NCBI GenBank assembly: GCA_964016885.1
Contig: OZ024743.1
Location: 109,554,001-109,618,000 of the forward strand
Origin: Eledone cirrhosa
Taxonomy: Eukaryota
Direction: 5' to 3'
DNA length: 64,000 bases
In this document: positions 24,751 through 40,717 of the stretch, in pieces
Position numbering within the stretch: position 1 is the first letter of the stretch
Layout of the letters: the number at the start of each line of letters is the position of its first letter
The notes under the pieces: generated by a model
The model's input: the letters and a program-made list of their open reading frames with translations, nothing else
The model's database searches: none
Told to the model about the DNA's origin: nothing
Made by a program: the position numbers and the translations under genes

Positions 24751-27082
24751 ATAATAATAAAATTGAAGACTAAAATCCAAAGAGGGCTCGAAAAGGAAAA
24801 TATATATCAAGTACATAAGAACCGTAGAGCAAATATTTATTAAAATAACAGATTAAAGTTTAAGCAAAGAATCGCTGCTTTCACCCTTAACGGGATCTTC
24901 TGAAACTAACAAAGTCAATCTGTAAACGCATAACTGGATATTTCAAAAAACGTTGCAACCGGAGGAAGACAGGAAGACGATACTTTGGTTCGTGGTAACA
25001 TTCGCTAGCAAAGAACGAGAAAAAAGGAATAATACGTCATTAATAGGAGCGGTGAAAAACAATTACGCGCAAAGACAACCACGTTTATGGTATAAAAGAG
25101 GTCGTAGACTAATGTTCTCTTAGGTGGTGCATAGAGACGTTCTCTGGCAATGAATGAAAAAACGAAGATAATAAGTCAAATGTGGAGCGTGGAGAACAAT
25201 AGCACGCAAAGACAAAATCACGTAAATGGTAAGCAGAAGTCGTAGACTAAAATTCTAACTAGAAGACTAAATGAATCTCCGCTACAGAGTTAAGAACAAA
25301 GTAAATGAATACAATACAGAAGTAATAGAAACAAATAAATACATACGCGCAAACAGATACGTACATACACAAGCATACGCAAAACCTTACCATAGGTATA
25401 CAAAACCACGCACATATAAATATGTGTGTGTGTGTATGCTTGTGTACAAATAAATAAATAAATAATTATATAAACGTATATAAGTAAATAAATACGTATA
25501 TAACAAGCGCACACGCATACCTACATATAAATACACGAATGTTCGGAGACGTAAGTCAACTAAAACAAGAAGTACACATATACACACACCCACCATACGT
25601 ACGAACCTGCATACTCACGCAGGCACAAAACTCCCGTATACACATAGCCAAACCCTAAATACCAGAATATGTATAAATTATACGCCATAACAGTCAAATA
25701 TACGTACGAGAAGGTATACATACCTTCACAAAACATACGAGTAATACATACTTACCTATGCAAATAAGTAAAGGAATAAACAAACATACACTTAGCTCCC
25801 ACATCAAGACGTAAAATATCCACGTATAGATCGTGTTATCCGTTAGGGTATAACGTGGGGCTGTAATACAGGAAGGTTTTGTGCAATTTATGTTTACAAG
25901 CCGAAATTGCCTCAGATTTTTTGTTTAAGATGTGGTCTGAGGCGTAGAGTATTTCCAGGGCCTCAGCGGCGCAGAGGTCACATGGTCTTTTATTTCCGTT
26001 ATACGATCTAGCCCTAGCTAGGATCTCCCAGTAAAACTTATATTGGGTGTGGTTGTCTTTTATCCTCTAGATATAAGCTGAAAGTGACGTCATATTCCTT
26101 CTAAGAGGGTAACGAAAGGAATGGGTATGCATGTAAAGACGCTGCTTGAAACTATTGGCGGTTAACCCTATGTAGGCCCTACGGGACGTGGGTGTTACAA
26201 CCTTACTTTTGTAGACAATGTTACTAGAGAGGCATTTCCCGGATAGGGGGCAATCAGCCCGATTCCTACAATTGCAGTTAGTACGAACTACAGGGTTGCA
26301 CGTGTTCCTACGGCTAGGTAGTTTCGCTAAATTTGAAGCTGTGATGTTATGTGTAAGGTTAGGAGTCGTAGAGTAAGAAATTTTAATAGTATTTCTATTA
26401 AAAATGTTACTATATTTATGTGTATGGGGAAAATGCTTCGTAATAAGGGAAAGAAAGATCTTAGCTAATGGTGTGGCCACCTCCATATTGTATGGTGGGT
26501 TAAGCCAACAAATGCGACGGGATCTATTTCTTCTAGGTCTATTTTCGTACTCAGTATATGCTACCTTATCGACAAATCCACTTCGAGCAAGAGCTTCATT
26601 GTAATAAGTGGAATGGTCGTTGAAAATGCGCTCGTTGGTGGAAAGACGGGAAAGCCTCAACAAAACGTTTCTTACCAGGTTCTTGGTTATGCTGGCAGGA
26701 TGGTTGGAATGCTTACTTATGTAATTAAGCGTATCATTCGGCTTTCTATACGGGTAATACAACCCATTCAATAAATTGAGGGTAACGTCGAGGTAATTAA
26801 CGACCGAGAGATTGGCCTCAACCTTTTATACCATAAACGTGGTTCTGTCTTTGCGCGTAATTGTTTTTCACCGCTCCTATTAATGACGTATTATTCGTTT
26901 TTTCTCGTTCTTTGCCAGCGAACGTTACCACGAACCAAAGTATCGTCTTCCTGTCTTCCTCCGGTTGCAACGTTTTTTGAAATATCCAGTTCTGCGTTTA
27001 CAGATTGACTTTGTTAGTTTCAGAAGATCCCGTTAAGGATGAAAGCAGCGATTCTTTGCTTAAACTTTAATCTGTTATTTTA

Positions 27083-27090
<8 letters not shown>
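24748..27090 (-). mobile_element. 5'-truncated Naiad-like PLE (family B) with inverted partial pLTR (26822-27090), in (TA)n
   Basis: RT thumb + CxC..C linker + GIY-YIG on the minus strand; TG-rich 3' spacer; HHR at 24857-24907 (-) and 27016-27066 (+). Confidence 0.85.
25836..26821 (-). pseudogene. PLE RT C-terminus + GIY-YIG endonuclease, one TAG in place of Trp at 26067
   Basis: PYRKPN..SNHP, WLNPPY, CNCRNRADCPLSGKC, NIVY...YIGLT..FKQR...H. The frame continues past the stop as RIKD...WEIL...CDLC..E...LNKKSE...CKH. Confidence 0.85.
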
Positions 27091-27142
<52 letters not shown>

Positions 27143-27144
<2 letters not shown>

Positions 27145-27280
27145 CGGAAGAAATGTGGTAAGGAACTAGGTGGACCACAACACACCAAAGTACTCAATAC
27201 TTAGGGTAGTAGAGTGGGTAATAGGAACGAGTAGAACCCCGACGGCTGAGCTCAGCCGTCGGGGTCCTACTCGTTCCTAT
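27143..27280. mobile_element. Family C short PLE-like insertion with inverted arm, in (TA)n
   Basis: Homologous to 33556, 35462, 42410, 45769 and 51697 copies; folds at GCTGAGCTCAGC. Confidence 0.75.
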
Positions 27281-27289
27281 ATATATATA

Positions 27290-28260
27290 GTAATAATAGT
27301 GGGAGCTAAGTATATGTTTTGTTTATTCCTTTACTTATTTGCATAGGTAAGTATATATTACCCGTATGTTTTGTGAAGGTACGTATACCTTCTCGTACGT
27401 TTATTTGATTGCTATGTCGTATAATTTTATATATTCTGGTAATTAGGAGTTGGCTATGTGTATACGGGAGTTTTGCATCTGTGTGAGTATGCAGGTTCGT
27501 ACGTATGGTGGGTGTGTGTATAAGTGTACTTCCTGTTTTAGTTGACTTACGTCTCCGAACATTCGTGTATTTTTACGTAGGTATGTGTGTGCGCTTGTTA
27601 TATACGTATTTATTTATTTATATACGTTTATATAATTATTTATTTATTTGTACACAAGCATACACACACACACACATATTTATATGTTCGTGGTTTTGTA
27701 TACCTATGGTAAGGTCTTGCGTATGCTTGTGTATGTACGTATTTGTTTGCTTGTATGTATTTATTTATTTCTATTACTTCTGTATTGTATTTTTTTACTT
27801 TGTTCTTAACTCTGTAGCGGAGATTCATTTGGTCTGCTAGTCAGAATTTTGGTCTACGACTTCTGATATACCGTTTACGTGGTTTTGTCTTTGCGTGCTA
27901 GTGTTCTTCACGCTCCACATATGACGTATTATCTTCGTTTTATCGTTCATTGCCAGAGAACGTCTCTATGCACCACCTAAGAGAACATTAGTCTACGACC
28001 TCATTTATACCTAAACGTGGTTTTGTCTTTGCGCGTAATTTTTTTTCACCGCTCCTATTAATGACGTATTATTCGTTTTTTCCCGTTCTTTGCCAGCCAA
28101 CATTTCCACGAACCAAAGTATCGTCTTCCTGTCTTCCCCCGGTTGCAACGTTTTTTGAAATATCCAGTTCTGCGTTTACAGATTGACTTTGTTAGTTTCA
28201 GAAGATCCCGTTAAGGGTGAAAGCAGCGATTATTTGCTTAAACTTTAATCTGTTATTTTA

Positions 28261-28268
<8 letters not shown>
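27290..28268 (+). mobile_element. Family B inverted arm (~970 bp) preceded by only ~9 nt of the element 3' tail
   Basis: 27299-28268 is the reverse complement of 24834-25802; HHR motif at 28194-28244. Confidence 0.85.
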
Positions 28269-28300
<32 letters not shown>

Positions 28301-28303
<3 letters not shown>

Positions 28304-28598
28304 TAAGAGGAATTCCAACTTTGTCTGATTTACTCATTATATTTACAATCCTTTAACATTTATAATGGTATTATAATGAAATAGTATGATAGAATATTAA
28401 ATGTTAAGTGTTACTTGAAAAAGTACTTTCATGCTTTCGTAATCTTCAGGTTCATAATGTGTGGTGACAGTCAAGTGTGCAATCTTCAACACAGTTGAAA
28501 ATTGCAAACTTGACTGTCACCACACATTATGAACCTGAAGATTGCGAAAGCATGAAAGTACTTGTTCAAGTAACACTTAACATTTAATACCATTATAA

Positions 28599-28600
<2 letters not shown>
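28301..28600. mobile_element. Inverted-repeat PLE pLTR fragment (family F) in (TA)n
   Basis: Arms ~28395-28490 and 28494-28590 are reverse complements; each arm has an HHR. Confidence 0.8.
28530..28568 (+). ncRNA. Minimal type-I hammerhead ribozyme (family F)
   Basis: TGAAC-CTGAAGA-TTGC gaaa GCAT-GAAAGTACTT|GTTCA; 5-bp stem I, GNRA-capped stem II, palindromic AGUACU stem III. Confidence 0.85.
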
Positions 28601-28680
<80 letters not shown>

Positions 28681-28683
<3 letters not shown>

Positions 28684-31600
28684 TAGAAGGGGTATTTAAT
28701 TTGTTGGAAATCCTACAAATAAAAATATAAATGTTTATAACTGATTTAGAGCACTCAAGAAGTTCCTGGAGTAAATATTCAATGATATTAAATAAATGGA
28801 AACTATATTTATAAAACCATATTTATGTTAATATATATATTTCAAGGGTGCAAACACACTTTGGTACGCTTTCTTTAGATAAAATACAAAGTTTGATTCA
28901 TAAATAGAGACATACCCAGGAAAATCATACCTTATCAGTTGGATATTCTCTGGATACTGGAAATGTATTTGGAATATTTTAAACTTATGTGTGAATATGC
29001 AATGAATATGTAAATAATTGTAAAACAACCGTTTATTTAAACGACTATGGAGAGAGAGAATAAAGAAGAGAAGAAGGACAAAATAGTGAGAGAGAAGAAT
29101 GAAAAAAGCGAAGATGGATAAAAACTCATATGACGTTAATTTCAGGGAAATATATTCAAACAATTATCTATGTATATATGTAAGTATATATCTTAATAGT
29201 ATGTGTATTTATATTAAAGGGATATTTTAATATTATTAGTTGTTTAAAATGTGTTTATAATATAATATTTTCTTCTGTTATAAGTAGATAAATACATAAA
29301 TAAATAGATGGGTATATCATGGGATAATTGTTCTCATAAGTTATGGGGGATATTGGTTTTGTATTATATGTAAATAAATATGTATTTAACATTGAGAATG
29401 ATTTAAAATTAAATTAAATTAAATTAAATTAAATTAACTGAGTTAAGTAAGAATATTTATATTTATATGATTGAAAAGGGGAGATAAGGAAAAAACTCCG
29501 ATTTTATTTATTTATTCGTTAGTGTGAGACTATTTAGTCAAAATAAGTATGGATGTTTAATATACATTTAGCCAGAATTAGATAGTGGTTATTAATATAT
29601 TGAAAAAATATTTTTAAAATATTTTTAAAATATTGAAAAAATATTAAAAAAATATTGAAAATTATTGTAAAAATATTGAAAAAAGTATTGAAAAAAATTA
29701 AAAGAAAATTTTGAAGAAATTAAAAAAGAATTTTGAAAAAAGAAATTTTGAAAAAGTTTTTTTTTTAATATTTAAAAAGAAAAAAAAAATGTTTAATAGA
29801 TAAGTAATTTTTAATGGAATAAAAATCATTAAAATTAAAATTATATAAATTAGAATTATTTACGTATATATATGAACATTTTTAATAAGTGGAAGTACAG
29901 CAAATGTTAGAGATATGATTTAGAGATATCAATATATTAAAACCAAGTAGATGAGAATGTTATGGAAATTATTAGGAATATTATAAGTATAATTGTAAGT
30001 TAAATTTAGTTCTGAATGTTGAATTCTGGCCATGTCTACAATAATTAAATAAATTCGTTCTTAGATTAATAGAGTTTGTACAGTTAAGTATATAAAAAAA
30101 TTCCTCAAAACAAAATTTGCAGAATCTAGATAAAGCTGTGTTTCAGTACGCGGGTACTTTTGAAACTGTTTCCCAAGCTAATGAATAGTCTATATTCTTG
30201 CATTTTAAGTTCCATATCAGGTGTGAAAGAGAAGTTGAAGATTTTTTATCAAATATTCGGAAAGAAAAATTGTGATTATTCCAGCGAATTTTAAATTCTG
30301 TAGAAGTGGCACCGACATGGTTAAATTTCTTATCATTAGTTTTAACTGTGCATTTATAGACCACGTTTTTATCTAAACACTTATTTTGTGAAGGACAGTT
30401 TGATTTAATTCTATAGTTACATTTTGCGGAGTTGTTGTTGTTCGGAACGGTACTATTAGGGTGGATATTTTGGTTAAGGTTTAAATTTAAGTTTCTATTA
30501 TTAATTCTATTTATATTTTGTTCTATGTTCATAGTTATAGAGTAGGATAGTTTTATAGTATGTCTGTTAAAGATTGAGTGGTATCTGTGGGCTTTAGGAA
30601 AACATTTATCTAGTGCTTTAAGGAATAGCTTTGCTAAAGGTGTGTTAACGCTTAATGAGAATGGGGGTGAATACCAAATAATATTTCTAGTTCTAGTTCT
30701 TCTGTTAGTTTTAGAGTTTAAGTTACATTTTTTTAATTATTATTACAATTAATAGTAGGGTGACTTGCCTTATTGTTTTCGATGTATTTAATCTTATTTA
30801 TATACACTGCTCTATTTAAAGCTTCATTATAATATTCAACCTTATCGTCAAAAATGTTTATATTAGCGGAGATGAGTGAAATAGGATGATTAGAGTTAAA
30901 ACTTACATAGTTTAGATTCTCATTCATTTTATGGAATGGATAGTAGAGCCCTGTGCTAAAGTTTAATGTTACGTCTAAAAAGTTAACAATTTTATAATTA
31001 TTCTCTATTTCCAATTTAAGGTTGTAGTTATTGAAAAATTGTATTATGGACTTTCTTTTCCTATTAATTTCACAATTACTATGATTTTCAATTAAAAGCA
31101 GCATAGCATCACGATATAAACCACCGCCTTTATCTGGTATTTTTCTATGCAGTGTATTATTAATAAATAACCTCACAAGATCCGTTATTTGCGCCGGTCA
31201 TATGATCCCATGGTGATATCAAAATTATTTTTCTATCGGCTTTTGCCCAGAGATGATTGTTGAATTCAATTAAAGTTTTCCGTGCAGTTAAAATAATATG
31301 CATTTCATCGCTAGATAAATCTGTATGTTTAGATGCAGAGATAATTGCTTTAAACTAGGAGTAATAGAGGAGTAGTAGTTTGCAATATCCAATTGAATGA
31401 ATTTTTTGTTATGTTTAAATTTTATGTTATTGAACCAATCTATAACCTTGTTAGTACCGTTCCATAGTTTTAGGTGAGATATTTTTTTAAGTTGCGGTAT
31501 GATTATATCTAATATATGTTTACTAACTACGCCTAAGTCTGATTTAGATGGTGCTATGAGTCTGATTGGTAGCTCTATTTCAAAGTTTCTTTTGTGGTCT

Positions 31601-32558
31601 TTCAGGTTAATTTTCGGTCTTCTAGGTATAAAGGGTTCGGTCCTATTTTCGATGCCTAATTTATGAATTATTTCAGAAGCTTCACTATTTAACATTTCAA
31701 GATCTTCATTAGTTGTTATTTTGTAGTTTTTCCATAGTTCTTTCAATATAAGGTTATTGTATTCGTCCTTTAGCATTCCGTATAGATTGTTAGTTTTACA
31801 CAGATTTTACGAGGATCTTCTCAGTTTTTTCAAGATTGTCTATATTATTATTGAGGCCTTTAAGGTATTCCTGGTCTACAAATTGGTTTTTCTTGAATTT
31901 GATGTTTTGTATGATCGATATTATTTCATTTTCAAATTCCATTAATAATTTGAAGATCGTATCGAAGTTGTAACAGGATTTATTTATTTTTTCATCTGCT
32001 TTTCTATCAAAATGTAAGGCACGCCATCTAAGTCTTCGTATACAGGAGTCAGATTTCTCAATGAGTTGTTTAAGATAGTCCTTATTCTTAGGTAAAGGTA
32101 CATATTTTAGAGAAGAAGAAATCCTAAAGAATTCCATTATTTATCAATCAGTTATAATTTAAAGTGCTTAACATTAAAGGAGCTATTTATAAGTAGATGG
32201 GGTATTTATTTTGTTGAAAATCCGACAAATATAAAAATAAATATTTATAACTGATTTAGAGCACTCAACAAGTTCCTGGAGTAAATATTCAATGATATTA
32301 AATAAATGGAAACTATATTTATAAAACCATATTTATTTTATTATATATATTTCAAGGGTAGCAAAACATTTGGTACGCTTTCTTCAGATAAAATACAAAG
32401 TTTGTTTTATAAATAGAGACATACCCAGGAAAATCATACCTTATCAGTTGGATACTCTCTGGATAGTGGAAATGTATTAGGGATTTTTCAAACTTATGGG
32501 TGAATATGCAAATGAATATGTAAATAATTGAAAAACAACCGTTTATTTAAACGACTAT
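28681..32558 (-). mobile_element. Near full-length, decayed Naiad-like PLE with direct pseudo-LTRs (28681-29048 and 32191-32558)
   Basis: Minus-strand ORF pieces 32137-31796, 31776-31288, 31176-30733 and 30532-30143: IRRLRWRA, LKDHK, PIRLIAPSKSDLG, LDIANYYSSI, GLYRD, FLDVTLN, GIY-YIG; two ~370-bp direct repeats. Confidence 0.88.
32334..32395 (-). ncRNA. Type-I hammerhead ribozyme in the upstream pLTR
   Basis: Minus: TATTTTAT-CTGAAGA-AAGCGTA..TACCCTT-GAAATATATATA|ATAAAATA; 8-bp stem I. The copy in the other pLTR has CTAAAGA. Confidence 0.83.
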
Positions 32559-32813
32559 ATTCATTAGTTGAGAAAAACAAGACCACAAAATTCACAAGGC
32601 AGACGTTAGTTAAAGAGTGTCAACATAGTTGCAGTTTAATGTAATGAATAAGGAATGTAATTATAGTTTAATGTAAGGAATAATAATAATAATAATATTA
32701 GTGTCCGTTTACACTTGTTTCGCTACTCCATATAATATTTCTAACACCTTCACTAATCTCTCTTCTCCTCTCCTATCTCCATATCTCTCTTTAAGAATGG
32801 TCTACTTTGGAAC

Positions 32814-32860
<47 letters not shown>

Positions 32861-32866
<6 letters not shown>

Positions 32867-33051
32867 AACAGAAATAACAACACAATCGGTACAGTATAGG
32901 TAAGGTATATGTTAGGTTAACGCTTGATATAGCAGGAAGAGGGTCTTAACGTTTCGGACGCTAGTCCTTCACCAGAAGAAAGTATGATAAATAAAATAGA
33001 TTGAGGAGACGGGTGGTTTGGAATTGGAAAAAATGGTCCATTTATGTTGAC

Positions 33052-33052
<1 letters not shown>
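32861..33052 (-). mobile_element. Family A pLTR fragment; HHR core mutated (CTGGTGA) at 32944-32979
   Basis: Homology to 10300-10520. Confidence 0.75.
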
Positions 33053-33140
<88 letters not shown>

Positions 33141-33392
33141 TGTGTGTGTGTGTGCGTGTGTGTGTGTTTGTGGGCGTACGTATGCATGCATGCATTTAAG
33201 TCTCGACTGGGCAGGAAATAACATTTTTATTTTATTTTTAGTTTTCGGCACGGTCAGCCGTAACTCGCTCAGTGTGCAAATGAGGCTATTCAGCCTTTGG
33301 GTACTATATATTTTTGACAGCTCAACGGATGATAGGCTGAGGTATGCAGTCCTGGTGCAGAGTAGTGACCCAGAAAACGTTTTGATTTTGAA

Positions 33393-33441
33393 TCCTGAAT
33401 GCAAGTGTTCCTGAATGCAAGTGTTCCTGAATGCAAGTGTT
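33393..33441. repeat. 16-bp tandem repeat x3 (TCCTGAATGCAAGTGT)
   Basis: Directly visible. Confidence 0.9.
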
Positions 33442-33555
33442 GAACAGGTTGATGACGATTTGTCCTCGGCACAGCACGGCTTTCATCGAGCCGTTTGTTT
33501 ACAAACGAATCGAATATTGTTATTATTATTCGATACAACCTATATATGTATATAT

Positions 33556-33754
33556 ATAGGAACAAGAATGACGCCGACGACAGAGCTCAAGTCGTTTCGA
33601 CGGCTAATTCAGGACTCAGTCCAAAATTAGCCGTGGAAACGGCTTGATCTCTGCCGTCGAGGTCATACTTGTTGCTATTACCCACTCTACTACCCTAAGT
33701 ATTGAGTACTTTGGTGCGTTTTGGTCTATCTGGTTCCTTACCACATTTCTTTCG

Positions 33755-33757
<3 letters not shown>
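33556..33757. mobile_element. Family C insertion with inverted arm
   Basis: Short arm starts at ATAGGAAC; long arm runs to (TA)n. Confidence 0.75.
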
Positions 33758-33825
<68 letters not shown>

Positions 33826-33906
33826 GTGTGTGTATATCTGTACATATGCATACTTACGTTTATGTATCAGCTGTGCTAGGTTGAGGAACAGAATATTAAT
33901 TTTATT

Positions 33907-33978
<72 letters not shown>

Positions 33979-33981
<3 letters not shown>

Positions 33982-34729
33982 TCAGGTCTACACGAAGGTC
34001 CGACTCCCACACCGATCTCATGCTGTGGCACGCCACCCAGGCTTTGCTCTTCCTCTCAACCACATCATCTTCTGTATTCCCAATATTTTCTCCCAAATAC
34101 AGGAAGTCCTCAACCAATTCTCGGCTTCCTGCCTATATTAGTAATCCCCTCTGGCCTCTCAACATTCTCTACGAGATATGTTTGTCTTAGTCTCATTCAT
34201 TCTCAGCCCCACATTCATCGACACAGTCTCAACCTACTGCATCAAATCCTCTGCCTCCTTCACTGTGTTTGTCAGCAAGACTATGTCATCGGCAAATTCA
34301 GCATCCGATATATTTTTCGCCTTAACTTTGCTGCACGTGTCTGAGACACTAACCAAGAAACTCACTCAGATTGTGAATGGGTGCTACAAGAGAATACTGA
34401 GGATGGCTCTGAACATTAATCAGTATACACTGAGTATGAAAAACTCAGAGATGTATGGGAGCCTCCCAAAAGTCAGCTCAAATGTGACACAGAGGAGACT
34501 AAAGTTAGCTGGACATGTTCACCGACATCCAGAGTGGACACTGCACTCAGTGTTCCAGTCGGTGCCCTTCCATGGACACACTGTAAGAGGAAGACCAAGG
34601 TTAACATATGTTGATGCCCTAAGGACAGACACTTGTTCGTTGGAGACGCAGGGCATGGCAGCGGTAATGAGGGACAGAGACTGCTGGAGAGAACTCGTCC
34701 ATGGATATCGGGAATTTACTCGCCCTAGA
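33979..34729. mobile_element. RTE-clade LINE 3' fragment with 5' inversion, in (TA)n
   Basis: Minus 34325-33979: EFADDIVLL..GLRMN..EDFLYLG..KAWVA..VW. Plus 34325-34729: LLHVSETLTK..CYKRILR..RRLKLAGH..GRPRLTYVD..DRDCWR, then (TA)n. Confidence 0.82.
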
Positions 34730-35358
34730 TATATATATATATATATTTGAGTGTGTGTGTGTGTATGTGTATGCGTGAGTGTGTATGTGTGTGTGTGAAA
34801 AGACACCGAAGGAGAGAAAGCGACGGAAAAGAGAGAGTAGTGGAGCATATTTGTGAGCATAACTAATGGCAATGTATTCTGACACACACTTGTCATGTGT
34901 GTTTACATTGAATTCGCATTGTAATTCAGTACTTCCGTGGTACATTGTTATCTACAATTGATCTCATATATATTTAAGATAAGGTCACACCTATACCAGA
35001 CTTGAGTGTATAAATCGATGAATATATATAGAGTGAAAATATTAAAATAAATACAATTGAAAATAAGTAAAATAATACTTATTAGATTATAGCATAAGTG
35101 TTGTGAAGTATTTTTAATTAACATGAGTCTATTATTGAGAATATAAAATAAAATCATTTGTCAAGAAATCATGAATAAAGAAGAAACATCCACGTTCTCA
35201 CCCTGTTTCAATTCATATGGTCACATATAAACATTTATGATTCGTGCACCATATATTATAATTTCTATAATGAACATTCACTCCAAATAATCGCACCAGT
35301 CAACTCTGTACACATAAACACACAGACAAAACACTCACACATACACAGAGATACTTAC

Positions 35359-35416
<58 letters not shown>

Positions 35417-35431
35417 ACATACACACACACG

Positions 35432-35461
<30 letters not shown>

Positions 35462-35462
<1 letters not shown>

Positions 35463-35610
35463 ATCAGAGAGAGTGCGGTAAGATACCAGATGGACCATAA
35501 CACACCAGAGTACTAAATACATAGGGTAGCAGAGTGAGTAATAGAAAAAGTGTCAGGAGCCCGACGTCTGAACTCCGGCCATTTCGACAGCTAGATCGGA
35601 GTCCTGTCTC
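35462..35610 (-). mobile_element. Diverged family C fragment
   Basis: GGACCATAACACACCAGAGTACT...GGGTAGCAGAGTGAGTAATAG homology. Confidence 0.65.
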
Positions 35611-35625
35611 TTTCATGAGTGAGTG

Positions 35626-38425
<2,800 letters not shown>

Positions 38426-39013
38426 ATATATATTTATATTGTACAGCGATTAGAGACCAGTTTTTCACTCACTTGTTGATTTGTGTTTGAGATACGTTGC
38501 CTGAATGCTTATGGCGTGATCAGAACTATTTGAATTTCGTCTCCAGCCATCACATAAATTTTTGAATCGGGAGTCAATTGGACGAAATTGTGATAACGCG
38601 TACAAATTTCAGGTTGCAATATTTTATCGTTTTGGCCGTCACATACAATCATAGACGACACGGACTGGAATCGAATTCTGTCGATCGATTGGTTATTCAT
38701 TAGGTAAAGCCTGCAGATGAGGCCACATCTGCCAATTGTACATTGCTGCATAACATATGCGGACAGTGGACGCGGTGCACTCTACTGCTGCATTAAGTGT
38801 GGTCGAATCTCGAGTACGGTAATAATTGAAGGTGCCCATCTACGTGCGTTGTGTTGAAGCGAATAACTATATGTCTACTCTGGGAGTTTATTCAACATTA
38901 CCTATTGAATACGCTGAGATGCAATCGGTCCAATCAGTGAAACCCATGCTAGTTCCGTCAACTTATATATATATATATGTATGTAGGTATATAAGTGTAT
39001 GTGTTTGTGTGTG

Positions 39014-39102
<89 letters not shown>

Positions 39103-39196
39103 ATAAAGAATTAGGTCTAAATGACGTTATACATACAAGCTCACTTTTTTTATAAATATCTGCAAGAAAGCTTACGTACAGGAATACAGATGTGTT

Positions 39197-39260
<64 letters not shown>

Positions 39261-39265
<5 letters not shown>

Positions 39266-40570
39266 AATAATAACAGGTAGACATCATAAAAAGGTAATTT
39301 ATTCCGTGTGCTTACAAATTTTCTATTACACAACCCACCTGTATTGCTATCACAAACTATTCATGGTATACCCGCTACCCACAACAAAATATGTAACTGC
39401 CATCTACCTGAAAGATGTCGATTGAAGAGTGAATGCCTACAGTCCAACATTGTTTACCAATTCACGGTTGAATGGAACGACCAGAATTGGTATTACATCG
39501 GATCTACCACCACCTCGTTTAAATCTCGCTGGTACCGTCATCGATTCTCAATCAAACATCCTGATCACCGTTTTGTGACCACGCTCGCCAACAAGACCTG
39601 GCAACTCTGTGAACGCAACCAACAGTTCACCTTAAAATGGGATATACTTTCCAGCGCAAGTGCATACCGGAGTGGATTGAAGTACTGTAGGTTATGTACA
39701 TATTAAAATCCAAATATAAAGTATTTAACGATAGAATCGAACGATCATTATACTGCAACCATAAACTAAAAGCTAAATTCTCTCACTATAAAATAACTTA
39801 ACATTCGAACCCGTAAATATAACATCGCTTTCTAGCTAACCACTTTATTTTCCCCCACACTACAAGACAATAACCTGCTTATCACTAGAATTGGTAACTC
39901 AGTGCAATTCGCAGATTACTACAACGAACCCAAAGTTCAGCCACCCCATAGACCTCGTCTGTCCCCTCTCTATCTCTCCCTCTATATCCATTCCACTCTC
40001 TCTCTCTTTGACCTACCTCCCTCCCTCTCCACGTCTATGAACCTGCCCTTGACTATCAACGCATCTCTCTAAAAGTAACCAGTATAATAAAACCCCTACC
40101 ACAACATTTTGATTAAGATATCTACATACCAATCTCTCCTATTTCTCCAACCCCTGCATATCTTTCTCTCTCTCTCCCCCTCCCCTACTTTTCTCTCTTC
40201 TTCTTCTACTCTATCTTCTCCAATAACCTCACTTAAGGGTATTTACATTGTACATTTTAACCATTCTGCTCTGATGATACAGTGGTCACAGCATTTGATA
40301 TTTGAGTTCTGCAAATAGTTGAAAATTTGCACATAGCATAACTAGGCTGTACTACCACCGTGGAAACATTTGTAAGCACACGGAATAAATTACCTTTTTA
40401 TGATGTCTACCTGTTATTATTCATTCTTTATCTACACTCCGGAATACAGAAGGATCAGGAACTAAGTTTCTTCAACAATTATTCCATAACTCGTTGAGTA
40501 ACCTCTCACCGTACGTCAACCATATCCAGTGTAGTAATTAACCATTACTACATCTAGGATAATCCTATAC

Positions 40571-40575
<5 letters not shown>
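39261..40575 (+). mobile_element. 5'-truncated Naiad-like PLE (family E): inverted 60-bp arm + GIY-YIG + pLTR, in (TA)n
   Basis: CNCHLPERCRLKSEC..NIVY..YYIGST..FKSRW..H..WDIL..CRLC; 39261-39319 is the reverse complement of 40368-40425. Confidence 0.85.
40267..40378 (+). ncRNA. Type-I hammerhead ribozyme with 85-nt stem II domain
   Basis: TGCT-CTGATGA-TACAGTGGT...ACCACCGTG-GAAACATTTGTA|AGCA. Confidence 0.8.
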
Positions 40576-40606
<31 letters not shown>

Positions 40607-40630
40607 AATATATATATATATATGTATATA

Positions 40631-40683
<53 letters not shown>

Positions 40684-40717
40684 TTATATATATGTATATA
40701 TATGTATATATATATTT

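Noticed and set aside
30143-30145. In-frame TGA in a Naiad-like GIY-YIG ORF as possible selenocysteine (some Naiads encode selenoproteins)
   Set aside because: It is not at a conserved Cys. No TGA appears at the linker or CxxC Cys positions in the PLE fragments read here, the copy has other lesions, and I identified no SECIS.
33393-33441. Direct repeats as CRISPR-like array
   Set aside because: Contiguous 16-mers without spacers, eukaryotic context, no cas genes
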